Source of the DNA: Candidatus Lustribacter sp.
GTDB lineage: Bacteria > Vulcanimicrobiota > Vulcanimicrobiia > Vulcanimicrobiales > Vulcanimicrobiaceae
Assembly: GCA_965277805.1 (NCBI GenBank)
Contig: OZ255842.1
Coordinates: 4,800,001 to 4,864,000, forward strand
Reading direction: 5' to 3'
DNA length: 64,000 bases
The notes beneath the pieces are model-generated. The model did no database searches. It was not told the origin of the DNA and was given only the letters and a program-made list of their open reading frames with translations. Below, in pieces: positions 49,988 to 59,175 of this stretch. The translations under genes and the position numbers were made by a program. Numbering within the stretch: position 1 is the first letter of the stretch; each line of letters opens with the position of its first letter.

Positions 49988-50008
49988 TCGATAACCTCTC
50001 ATTATCGA
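49988..50008. repeat. Candidate recombinase core site
   Basis: TCGATAA-CCTCTCA-TTATCGA: 7-bp arms around a 7-bp asymmetric spacer. Confidence 0.5.
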
Positions 50009-50294
50009 CCATGTCTGGGGACGGGACTTGCGGAGGCCGCCAGCAATGCACGCGCATGCGCCGCTGACCACTGCTCCCATAAATCTTTACAAATGCTACG
50101 ACGCGCGCCCTTGGGCATCCGTGCCTTATCGAGTTTTCATTTAATGATATATACAGCAAACAAAGAAAAGAAGACAGTGGCGAAATTTTCCTTTAAAACG
50201 AGGCATTTATGCTTAGTTACGGAGTTTTGCGCACCGATTGCGGAGCGATGCGAAATCGTATAGGCTTACCCAAACCTCAACCCCGCATCGACCA

Positions 50295-50333
50295 ACAAAG
50301 CGGCCCCGCCGGCGCTTGAACACCGACGAGGCC
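50295..50333 (-). terminator. Minus-strand intrinsic terminator just upstream of the 50357 RBS
   Basis: 13-bp stem fully paired only as minus-strand RNA (three G-U), followed by GCUUUGUU. Confidence 0.55.
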
Positions 50334-50356
50334 AGTCATAGGAAGGATCACTCCAC

Positions 50357-50878
50357 ATGACAATGACCACTACGCTCATTGAGACCGCGAAACCCATAAT
50401 TTACAAAGAAACGAAACCGAAAGTTCACGTGTGGCCGAAGGTCACCGTTCGGGAAACGACCGATGCAGAGCGTGCTGAGGCACTTAGTGTCGGTACCAAG
50501 GCACTCGGCTCAACCGTCGACGCTGAAGAACACAAACTCCGGGCGCTTAAGGCCATGCTCAACGTAGCGCGTGCGGTTTCAGAAGATCCGAAAGCCTTGA
50601 ACGACGTCGGCGCCGTCATGACGTGGGCTGATGGCTTAGACGCGCTCGATCGCCACTATGACGAGTTCGGCGTCACGCAGGCCTTGATGGACCTCGGTGA
50701 AGCAGCGCGCGAAGCGGAGCAGCTCGCGATCGTGTCGGGCCATGCCATCTTTGCCGCAGGCGGAGACATGACCGATGGCGAGTTTGTGGCCACCCCCCGG
50801 ACCCATGTCGCCGAGCAGATCGCGAAATACGGCGCAGCAAAAACCACCACTGGCTACCGGAAAGCAAAGGTCCGCTAA
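50357..50878 (+). CDS. Hypothetical mobile-element protein
   Basis: AGGAAGGA RBS, 173-aa ORF. Confidence 0.7.
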   Translation: MTMTTTLIETAKPIIYKETKPKVHVWPKVTVRETTDAERAEALSVGTKALGSTVDAEEHKLRALKAMLNVARAVSEDPKALNDVGAVMTWADGLDALDRHYDEFGVTQALMDLGEAAREAEQLAIVSGHAIFAAGGDMTDGEFVATPRTHVAEQIAKYGAAKTTTGYRKAKVR

Positions 50879-51043
50879 ATGCCGGCTGAGATCGACTACA
50901 ACCCGGGCGGCACGATCAAAACGATCTGGCTGGACGTCGACGCTGCCCCGTTCATCGACATCATGCTTGACTGTATCGAGCAGGCGGAAGCGCGCAAGAA
51001 AGTGAGTGCCGCTGACCCAAAATCGATTGCGACCCAACTGTAG
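50879..51043 (+). CDS. 54-aa hypothetical protein (not in ORF track)
   Basis: ATG directly follows the upstream TAA; MPAEIDYNPGGTIKTIWLDVD... Confidence 0.5.
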   Translation: MPAEIDYNPGGTIKTIWLDVDAAPFIDIMLDCIEQAEARKKVSAADPKSIATQL

Positions 51044-51180
51044 TGACCGGGCCCCTTGCACCGGTGGCAACTAACGTGCGCGATAACCAGATTGGCGGAG
51101 CGCGCCTAGTTCGGTTTACCGCTGGCCGCAATGAGACCTGCACGCGCGGCCGTCGGATCATCGCGCCCGTGGCGATCACA

Positions 51181-51411
51181 TCACGGAGAGGGGCGGCGCT
51201 GTTGCTCTTCGAGCATGCGGAGTCGACGTTCAATCGGCCATTTGCGAAAAGCAAAAACCATGAGCAGAATGATATTGATTGGGGATATAAATGTGAGCAT
51301 CGCGATAGTAGGATTGTAACCCGCCTTCGAGGCAATTCGCCAGCTCGCCGGTACAACAAGGCAGACGAAGATGAGCGTAACGACGATACCCGGTATCAAT
51401 TGAGCCGACAC
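51181..51411 (-). CDS. Small membrane protein (W.I..KAG...AF..WP family)
   Basis: AAGGGA RBS, GTG start, 'WRIASKAGY...PINIILLMVFAFRKWP'. Confidence 0.7.
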   Translation of the reverse strand: MSAQLIPGIVVTLIFVCLVVPASWRIASKAGYNPTIAMLTFISPINIILLMVFAFRKWPIERRLRMLEEQQRRPSP

Positions 51412-51538
51412 AAGTGGTCCCTTTCTTAAAAACGGCATGCGCCACGTTGCGATCCTTTCTTGCGGCAGCTGGACGACTCCGGCCGCGTTGCATCCGCCGG
51501 GGCGATGCTGAACCGTCCCGCTCGGACTCATCGGCGTG

Positions 51539-51715
51539 TCATGGATTCGCCAACATCGCGTTGCAGACTGATCTATTGACCGTACGTTCGTCGTAAACTA
51601 GCGCGCGGTCGAACGTCACCCACCAGACTTTTTTATCGGCGGCGTCGACCTGGGCGTTCGCCGCTACTGCCGCTAAGGTGTGCTCGATAAAAGTGCACGA
51701 GGAGGCGAGCGACGC
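51539..51715 (-). pseudogene. Internally deleted paralogue of the 53054 gene
   Basis: VDAADKKVWWVTFDRALVYDER matches the 53054 ORF. Confidence 0.6.
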
Positions 51716-52187
51716 CGCGGCATTACGCGTAGCCCAAACCGCTCTATCGAACACGTCCGCGTATCTGAAGGTCCATCTCCGTAATGGGACGACCGAAACG
51801 GGAAGCGTGAACAATGGCCCGCTCGCCGCGAGCCAGAGTTCCTGGGCATGTGGATGGCCCGCACCTTTGCCGGCGCTCCGAACGGTACCACGAGAGTGAG
51901 CGGCACACGACGTCGTGGTGCGCAGCGCAATCCGAAAAAAGATGCGGTCACCGATAAGCGCGGATGCGCTACGACCCAATTGTGAGGATCGCCTCCGGAT
52001 CCCGGATCGTCGTTTGTTCACGGAGAGTAAAGCGAATCGACGTTTGGGGCCTCGGCGTGATCCTCATCACGCAACCCCTTTGACTTTTGGCGGATAACTG
52101 TAACGGAATCGCTTGAGCCGAAACTGCCCTCGATTTGATTTTGTAAACAGCCTAGCGCACGTACCACGAAATCGCTAAGGTCGTTCC

Positions 52188-52394
52188 ATGTTAATGTCAC
52201 TGAGAGAGCAGGGCACGCGCGTCAGCTCATGCCCGTATCCGACAAAAGCCGAGCGGGGTTGTAGGGCGGACATCGCGTGGTTTTGCGTGTCTTGCAAACG
52301 ATTTTCGTGCGGGATGCACGTGACCCGTCAGAGTGGCAACGTGGCATGCCGGCATTGCGCGCAGCAGTTACGTCGCCTGGGTGATCTAAATTGA
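52188..52394 (+). CDS. Cys/His-rich zinc-finger micro-protein, copy 1
   Basis: C-x9-C-x5-W-x-C-x2-C-x4-C-x2-H-V-x-R-x6-C-x2-C. Confidence 0.75.
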   Translation: MLMSLREQGTRVSSCPYPTKAERGCRADIAWFCVSCKRFSCGMHVTRQSGNVACRHCAQQLRRLGDLN

Positions 52395-52714
52395 TGGATG
52401 GGCCGTCCAATGTCGATCAACGGGCCGGGGGACAAAACACGGCTCGAGTTTACGATGCTGACCGTCGCGTGACCAAAGTAGAGTGCGCGGAAGCCACGAT
52501 GCGCGGTGAGGCCTGCCGAGCGATTCCGCGTTGGCGGTGCCAAGGATGCGATCGTAACACGTGCGCCGATCATGTCGTGAGGCTGGCTGCGGGACCGCTT
52601 TGCGCAATCTGTAAGCAGCCAGCGACTCCGCTAATGCGGCGCGGCATTTTCTCGCACCATACCGACGAGACAGCCACGGTATTCATGAACCCACCTCAAC
52701 GGCTTAGCCGATAA
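52391..52714 (+). CDS. Cys/His-rich zinc-finger micro-protein, copy 2
   Basis: Same motif with identical spacing; overlaps the stop of copy 1. Confidence 0.75.
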   Translation: MMDGPSNVDQRAGGQNTARVYDADRRVTKVECAEATMRGEACRAIPRWRCQGCDRNTCADHVVRLAAGPLCAICKQPATPLMRRGIFSHHTDETATVFMNPPQRLSR

Positions 52715-52719
52715 TTCCG

Positions 52720-52959
52720 ATGAAAATTCAAAGGAAGGCCGAACGGCGAAAGGAGCCGCCTCATTGCGCGCAGGTCAGCGCAAACCGAAAACATTGCAAG
52801 TCGATACCGGCCTGGCGTTGCGAAATGTGCGCGACGGTTTTGTGCGGTGTGCACGTCGTCAGGAACGAGTACCGCGCGAGTTGCCGGCTCTGTGGGAGCA
52901 ACGTGGTTCGCTTCAGTAAGCGCCTCGGCGAACGGCGGGCATCAATTTCGTTGCAGTGA
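52720..52959 (+). CDS. Cys/His-rich zinc-finger micro-protein, copy 3
   Basis: Same motif with identical spacing; starts 5 nt after copy 2. Confidence 0.75.
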   Translation: MKIQRKAERRKEPPHCAQVSANRKHCKSIPAWRCEMCATVLCGVHVVRNEYRASCRLCGSNVVRFSKRLGERRASISLQ

Positions 52960-53053
52960 CAGCGCCGGATGGTCCACTAGGTTTGCCCCGGCGCTTCGCG
53001 GAGACCAGTACCCGGGCGGGGGTAGAGCTACCCGCCGCGAAGGCGACCCGTCC

Positions 53054-53296
53054 GTGAACTTTCCGGCCTACGTGCACTTGGTAACCGACAAGATTCGCGA
53101 GGTCATGCCTGACGTAGCCCGGGTCGCGCACGGGCGCTGCGTGACGTGGTCGCGCGGTTCGCAATCACTCACGGTCGACGCCTCCGACAGCAAGACGTGG
53201 TGGGTGAGGTTCGACCGCGCGCTCGTGTACGATGAACGCCAGAACGTCGAGAGCGCCATTGTGATGGCGCAAAACGCAGTTGCGCACTTCACTTAG
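53054..53296 (+). CDS. 80-aa hypothetical protein (WWVxFDRALVYDER)
   Basis: GTG start after GAAGG; conservation with the 51.6-kb paralogue supports coding. Confidence 0.65.
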   Translation: MNFPAYVHLVTDKIREVMPDVARVAHGRCVTWSRGSQSLTVDASDSKTWWVRFDRALVYDERQNVESAIVMAQNAVAHFT

Positions 53297-53378
53297 CGCG
53301 TTCGACGGCGCGGCGTGCGCGACAATAGCCGCGGAATATCGTCTCGACCAACGAGGCGTCCTCGTCGAGGATGAGGCC

Positions 53379-53762
53379 ATGCGGTGCCGAGCGTGCGGGT
53401 TCTCATCGCGCCTACCCGGCACCCCGGTTTCCGCGTGGCGCCGTCGCAGTCCGGAAATCGAGCCGCCGGTAGTCGAGCTGTGTGAGATCTGCAACGCCGC
53501 AGCCGAAACGTGTAGCACGGCGGAGCGGAGTTTAACAGGGGGCCGAGTCCGGAAAGCGTGTTCTATGGACAACGAAGCAGCGGACTCGGCGAAAAGCCCC
53601 GAAGCTCCGAACGGCGACTCGAAGAAGCCTCGCCAGTCACCTTACGGCCAGTCCGAAAACTACGGCTCCCCCGGCGGCGACGAGCCACCGGCAAGCACGG
53701 ACCCTGGAAGCGGCGCCGCCGGCGACGCGCGCGAGCGCGGTGAAGGTCCGGCGCCGTCGTAG
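53379..53762 (+). CDS. Putative zinc-ribbon protein with disordered tail
   Basis: GAGG RBS; CRAC...CEIC, then a Gly/Pro/Ser/Asp-rich tail (alternative start 53565). Confidence 0.45.
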   Translation: MRCRACGFSSRLPGTPVSAWRRRSPEIEPPVVELCEICNAAAETCSTAERSLTGGRVRKACSMDNEAADSAKSPEAPNGDSKKPRQSPYGQSENYGSPGGDEPPASTDPGSGAAGDARERGEGPAPS

Positions 53763-54009
53763 GGTGGCGCCGGCTGACGCATCCGAGAACGCAATCTTAA
53801 CTGGCAGAATGAGCAGGGGGCGATGCCGCGATGGGCAGCGAGCGACGAGTTGACGACGTGGATAGCCTATCCTCTGCACAGGGGGCGGGAAGTTGGTAGT
53901 TTCGAAGAGGTCCGACGTCTACAATGCGGGACGCCACGCGACGTCTTGATACGCGTAGGCGCAATTATGAGGTGATTTGAAAGCGCCCACCAATGCGCTC
54001 GAGGGCTAG

Positions 54010-54306
54010 TTAGAGACTCTCGAGAAACGCCTGGCGCTCGGCTCGACTTTTTCGGTATTCCTCTAGTCGTTCGGGCGAAGATTCCGTTTCCGCTAAACGC
54101 TTCTCGAATTCTAGCCATTTCTTCAGCTTCGGGTGTGTGAGGCGGAAGGCGGAGACTTCTTTACCGCAGCCTGCAATCTCTCGCGACTGCTGTGCTGCCT
54201 TCTCCTGAGCCCGAATATACAGTTGTCCGTCCTCCGGCCCGTCCACTTCGACAAGGGTCGCGTAATCGCGGCTGCCGCCACGATCGGTAACAATGAAGAA
54301 AGGCAC
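54010..54306 (-). CDS. Hypothetical protein
   Basis: 98-aa ORF with GAGGAG upstream. Confidence 0.5.
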   Translation of the reverse strand: MPFFIVTDRGGSRDYATLVEVDGPEDGQLYIRAQEKAAQQSREIAGCGKEVSAFRLTHPKLKKWLEFEKRLAETESSPERLEEYRKSRAERQAFLESL

Positions 54307-54324
54307 AGCTTATGCTCCTCGTAG

Positions 54325-54578
54325 TGACGTGTAGCCAGGAGATAGGGCGCCATAGGCGGAGAGTTGGGGTGGTTTGCAGCTCGCGAACGAACTCCTCGGG
54401 ACTGCGTTTGCCGATTTACGTCTGCGGGCGAACTCCTTGCAGTTGCCCCGCGCGTCTTCCACGATCAATCGTGCAATCGTCCGCCAGTGATTGAACTCTT
54501 TCTCATTGAGGCATTGGTCTAGGAAGCGCCCCTGGGACGACGCGATGTAGGCACTCTGGGTCGGTGTGCCCGGTCGAC
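54325..54578 (-). mobile_element. IS3-family remnant (transposase C-terminus and right end), heavily decayed
   Basis: 'PGTPTQSAYIASSQGRFLDQCLNE' resembles PGKPxQNxxIESFNGRFRDECLNE; ends GGCTACACGTCA. Confidence 0.75.
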
Positions 54579-55140
54579 GAAGGGCAGCGACCTCGGCGAT
54601 CGCCCCCTGAAGGACGGTACGGCGAGGCCCAGCAATGTGCCACACCGTGGCTCGTAAGTGGAATCCCTCAAGATCTCAAAAAGACGAACCAGAACCTTAC
54701 CTACTATTGGGCAAGGATCTAAGTGCGGATGAAATCGCCGACATCATTCATCATTCTGTCCGCTCTGATGTTGGTGAAGCAGATTGACGAAACGCTGAGG
54801 CATCAGTTGTCCATATTTCCATAGCCGGGATTTGCAGTTGTGCCCGCGTGTGAGTCGTCAAGCTCGCTAGCCGTTGGTCCCGAAGCCTGACGAAAAACCA
54901 AATCACCGCACATTCTGTGACATTTTTCAGACCCGCTGTACCTCATTCTCAGTGACTTTTACGAGAGCGTGTCAACGGCTTTGAAACCGTCCATCGTTGA
55001 GAACTTCATACTTTTTTGAGGTTCGTCATCGATTTGACGCTTTCGGTGAGCAAGATGACGTCGGAGCCACAAGAACGGGCTTCGGCGCTGAATGGGGAGA
55101 AGAGTTACAGCCAACAGCGATTCCCGAGGTACAGGTTTTG

Positions 55141-56148
55141 ATGGCAGACATCGGTGATCTCAAACCATATGCCTTAAGGCAAATCTGGCAATTCGAGGAT
55201 CGGCACTTTACAGTTTGGTTATCTGACAATCTCGATCGGCTCGGGAGCGCCCTAAGCATGTCTCTCGAATTTCGAGAACGGGAGAAGGCCGTAGGGCCAT
55301 TTTCACTCGACATTCTCGCACATGACACGATTCGGGACCGTCTTGTGATCATCGAGAACCAACTCGAAGCGACTAATCACGACCACCTCGGGAAGCTGCT
55401 GACCTACGCGGCTGGACTTGATGCCAAGTCAGTTATCTGGGTCGCTCCAACCTTTCGTGATCAGCACCGCGCAGTGATCGATTGGCTCAATGCCCATACC
55501 GATGAAAACGTTGACTTTTTTGCCGTCGTGTTAGAGGCAGTCCAAATCGACAACTCCCGCCCTGCAGTCAACTTTAAGGTGGTCGCATTCCCGAATTCAT
55601 GGCAGAAGACGCTTAGCGATCAGCGAGCCGATATTCAATCCGATAATCGCGGCATTTTTTTCTACCAGTTCAATGAAGCACTCCTTTTGGAACTGCGCAC
55701 CATAGGCGGATTTAAAACGCTTCCCGCACCCTCCGCTCGATACGAGATGATCGTTGAACGAACAAATTGGGGGGTGCGGTATGGCACCGCATTTTCGCGT
55801 GACACATTACGCGTTGCCGCATGGATCGTCTCTACCGACCAACAGGCAAACAAAGACCTCTTCGAAGCGTTGAAGCAGGAGCGCACAGATCTCGACGCAG
55901 CAATCGGCCAGGAAATTACTTGGAACTATAATCCTGATCGCCTAGGACAGATTCTCGAAATAAGTCGGCCAGCTATTTCGCGAGGAAACATTGCAGATCT
56001 TTCCTCGACGATCAAATGGGCTGCGCAGACGCTCGTCAGTATGAGGGCCGCAGTGGAGCCGCGCCTTACGTCAATTGCTTCCTCGCTCAATAGCGGATAC
56101 CAGGATAACGAAAGATTCGAACACCAACTCGATCAACGCGGAGGCTGA
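55141..56148 (+). CDS. PD-(D/E)xK nuclease-like domain + DUF4268-like domain
   Basis: 'FTVWL..NL..L', 'VGPFSLDILA', 'IIENQL..TNHDHLGKLLTYAAG'. Confidence 0.8.
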   Translation: MADIGDLKPYALRQIWQFEDRHFTVWLSDNLDRLGSALSMSLEFREREKAVGPFSLDILAHDTIRDRLVIIENQLEATNHDHLGKLLTYAAGLDAKSVIWVAPTFRDQHRAVIDWLNAHTDENVDFFAVVLEAVQIDNSRPAVNFKVVAFPNSWQKTLSDQRADIQSDNRGIFFYQFNEALLLELRTIGGFKTLPAPSARYEMIVERTNWGVRYGTAFSRDTLRVAAWIVSTDQQANKDLFEALKQERTDLDAAIGQEITWNYNPDRLGQILEISRPAISRGNIADLSSTIKWAAQTLVSMRAAVEPRLTSIASSLNSGYQDNERFEHQLDQRGG

Positions 56149-56544
56149 TGTGGACAACAATGCGGCGATCTAGGGCTGCCTCAAAAGGTTTCTTCCCTGA
56201 AGCGACCGGCGCCGCCGGCGCAACGCACCATGGTAAATTGGGCCAAAGCGTTGCTACGCGATTATGAGCTAGCCGTAACCCGGGGTGGGCGACCCACCGG
56301 CATTGAACGCCCGCGCGCGAATCACGTGGCCGTCTCGCAGCAGACCCGTCGAAAATAAGCGCCGAGCCCGTTGACCCGAGCGGCGAGGCACGGAGGAGCG
56401 GGTACCGGGCTACATTCTGTCGACGCTGCTGTTGATAAACCAGATTGAGCGTTTAGACCGTGAGGCTTCGGGACCTACGAGCCGCCGCTTCAGTGTGCAT
56501 AAATAGTTCGTGTATCGTTTCGGTGTGCATTCGCCCAGACAATG

Positions 56545-56766
56545 CGAAAGCGGTTTAACGGCCGGTTTCGAGATGAATGCCTCAACGAGAACGAGTTTCG
56601 ATCCCTGGCGCATGCACGGCTGATCATCGAAGACTGGAGGCGCGACTACAACGAATTCCGCCCGCACAAGTCGCTCGGCAACCGAACTCCCGAGGACTTC
56701 GTCCAGCGAGCTGCAAACCACCCCAACGGTCTACCTATCCGCGGCATAACTCAGGGCTACACGTCA
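56545..56766 (+). mobile_element. IS3-family remnant (transposase C-terminus and right end)
   Basis: 'FNGRFRDECLNE...WRRDYN..RPHKSLGNRTP'; ends GGCTACACGTCA. Confidence 0.88.
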
Positions 56767-56908
56767 CTGTGGTTATTGCGTCGGCGCGTTTGCGGCAGGC
56801 GGATTCTCGAGAGCGCGTCCGCCGACATGATGACGAAAAACACGACACACAGAAGGCGAGCTTCCTTGGCTTCCATGATCGATAACCGGAGATTAACAGC
56901 CGCGTCGT

Positions 56909-57370
56909 TCATTTCTTGACTTCGCCAACGTCGTCACACGATCTAGTGGGCTTGTCTTGCGTGCAGTCAAAAAAGAACGCCGGATGTACCGACATGCGAT
57001 CGGGATGGTTGGCATAAAAATCATCAACGGCGTGCATGTAGGTGCCGAATGTTTTTGAGTACACCGGACTTGATCCGCTTGACGTAAAAATCGCTGAGAC
57101 AAGAGAGCTCTTCTGCGCCGCTGTCAGGCCACTCATACCATTTACTTTCTTGATCAGCGCAACCTGAAGGCGCAATTCTGCCGATTATGACGCAACTGGC
57201 AGGACATCGGACAGGACTACAACGACCGCTAGCTTCGACTCATCGCTGAGACCTTTCCACCACTGTCCATCCGCATCGAGGGTTTGGGTCGCTTGCGACT
57301 GCAATGCGAAGAGAAGAACGAAGGACGCGAAGGCCACCGCAGTCAGCGACTTTCTGGTAAATTTGATCAT
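56909..57370 (-). pseudogene. Secreted protein interrupted by an in-frame TAA (57185-57187)
   Basis: ORFs 57185..57421 and 56909..57175 share a frame; signal peptide, 'DGQWWKGLSDESKL', 'AVDDFYANHP'. Confidence 0.65.
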
Positions 57371-57465
57371 TGCCCGTTCCTCGTGTCGCGATCGCCCGCG
57401 GCGTCGGCCTCTTTCTTGCACACGAAGGCGCCGTGCTTCGTGCGAGCGTACCAGCGCACGTTGCC
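57367..57465 (-). pseudogene. 3' fragment of the small secreted gene seen at 63599
   Basis: Encodes RWYARTKHGAFVCKKEADAAGDRDTRNGQ*. Confidence 0.7.
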
Positions 57466-57611
57466 AGCATTCTAAAGACTTCCCGCGCGTAGCTGCCCCG
57501 AGTCGAATTTTCAGCGGCTGAGCCCCGTGGCGCGAGCCGGCAGTATGATTAAACGGGCGTGGCGCGTACCTTTAAGGCGCGTCGCGATATTGAACTCGGG
57601 TGACCTGGAGG

Positions 57612-58469
57612 CTAGTTCTTCCCCGCATTCAGGTGTTCGAAAACGGCTGCGAGAAGACCGAATGCGGTTCCGATAAAAGCAAACAGTGATGCGATCGGTC
57701 CAAACAAATCAGCCCGAGCTTCCGCGCGAAGCAAAAACCAGGTCAGCGGTCTTCTTGTGAAACGGCGGGTCAGCATGAGCGCATAACTTAACGCGAACAT
57801 AAAGAAGAGAGTGTACGTTGTCAGCGACGGGCCGATGACCGCCAGGAAGCCGATAAACCGATTGGCTTGGTGAATAAACGGCGCTAGAAACGGCAGTGCC
57901 GCGGGAATAGCAAGAGCAATCAATGCCGAGGTGAAGATAGAGTCTCCGCGGTTAGCGAGGCTCACGAGCGCGAGACCAGGGATAGCTGCCACAATGTAAA
58001 GTGAAACACATGAAAGCATCAGTTGGGCCCTACGAGCCGACACAGCACGTCGGATTATGTAGCGTGAGAGAATGCCTAACAAAACGTCTATTACACATCC
58101 GATTAGGATGTACAAGGAGAAGGTAGCAACGGCCGTCAGTTTCGCGTCGAGATTCGCATGATACCATTGAGCTGAGAGCACGCGCGATGCAGTCGCTCCG
58201 CCGAGTATTAGGAGGGTCAGAAATGCCGGGATAGCGCCGAGTAAAAGTGCTCGGCGAGAAATGAGACGTTTCCCCAATATTGAGGTGAGGAATGCGTCGC
58301 AGAAGCGGAAAGTCGTTAACGGGATCGAGCCCCAATCTCCCAGGTCAACTTTCAAGTACCAATCCTCCAAGCGCTTGCGCAAAGGTTCACGGTCGTTCGG
58401 GCGCAGAGAAAAGTTGAGGATCTGGCAGATACCGCTTAGAACGAAGAACGCAACGCTTATTGCGAACAC
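57612..58469 (-). CDS. Multi-pass membrane protein
   Basis: 285-aa ORF with about seven hydrophobic segments. Confidence 0.7.
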   Translation of the reverse strand: MFAISVAFFVLSGICQILNFSLRPNDREPLRKRLEDWYLKVDLGDWGSIPLTTFRFCDAFLTSILGKRLISRRALLLGAIPAFLTLLILGGATASRVLSAQWYHANLDAKLTAVATFSLYILIGCVIDVLLGILSRYIIRRAVSARRAQLMLSCVSLYIVAAIPGLALVSLANRGDSIFTSALIALAIPAALPFLAPFIHQANRFIGFLAVIGPSLTTYTLFFMFALSYALMLTRRFTRRPLTWFLLRAEARADLFGPIASLFAFIGTAFGLLAAVFEHLNAGKN

Positions 58470-58568
58470 TGTACAGAACGCCCTCCGATGACGCGGGGAG
58501 CGAAAGTTTCGTTCTCTCGAGGGCGCTTTCCCTAGCGCTAATCCGAGCGCGGGGCGATGTGCCGCTCG

Positions 58569-59110
58569 TCAAAAAGCGCGCCAAATGTTCGCGCGAATAT
58601 CAAGGTCGGTTGTATGAAACACTGCCATCAACACGAGACGCAATCTCATGCCGAGCGACGTTCCGTCGAGTGTGTTGCGTTTGGCTGCATCCGCTTCCGA
58701 GCGACCAGAAGCCGGCATTAAACCGCAAAGCTCTTTGATCGCCATGTCATCGACCCGATAATCGATGAAGTGAGAAATGGCGTTGCGGATATTGCAGAAC
58801 CTCTCTAGCAGCGGTCCGAGTTCTGCAGAGACGGCACCATATTCCAGCGAAAGAGTAATTAGGCGCCCGAGCGTCGCTCCCCGTCCCCTGGGCCGGCGGA
58901 CCCTGGCGCCGTGGATCAACCCGCATCGGCGGATATAACCTCGAACAAAGGCATGCGAGAATTGCTGACATTTTTCGACCACCACGCCCAGGGCAAACCG
59001 TCCGAACGCTGAAGCGCTTTAAGATATAATCGCCGCGAAACTTCCAGGCGCTTTGAAGCGTCCTTCGCCAACGCAACAAGACAGAAACAATCACTTCTTC
59101 GTCTCGCCAT
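58569..59110 (-). pseudogene. HEPN-like protein, probably frameshifted near 58985
   Basis: 'TLGRLITL...LERFCNIRNAISH' RxxxxH; upstream part in another frame. Confidence 0.55.
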
Positions 59111-59175
59111 CTCAGATGATGGCGAGGTCCACCGTGCCACTTAGCCGCCTCAGCGCTACGCTTAGAAAGTGATGC

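Noticed and set aside
56879-56899. TCGATAA-CCGGAGA-TTAACAG as a second recombinase core site
   Set aside because: Right arm is degenerate and the spacer differs from the 49988 site.
57185-57187. In-frame stop as a recoding event
   Set aside because: It is TAA, not TGA/TAG, with no redox motif context; nonsense mutation or error is simpler.
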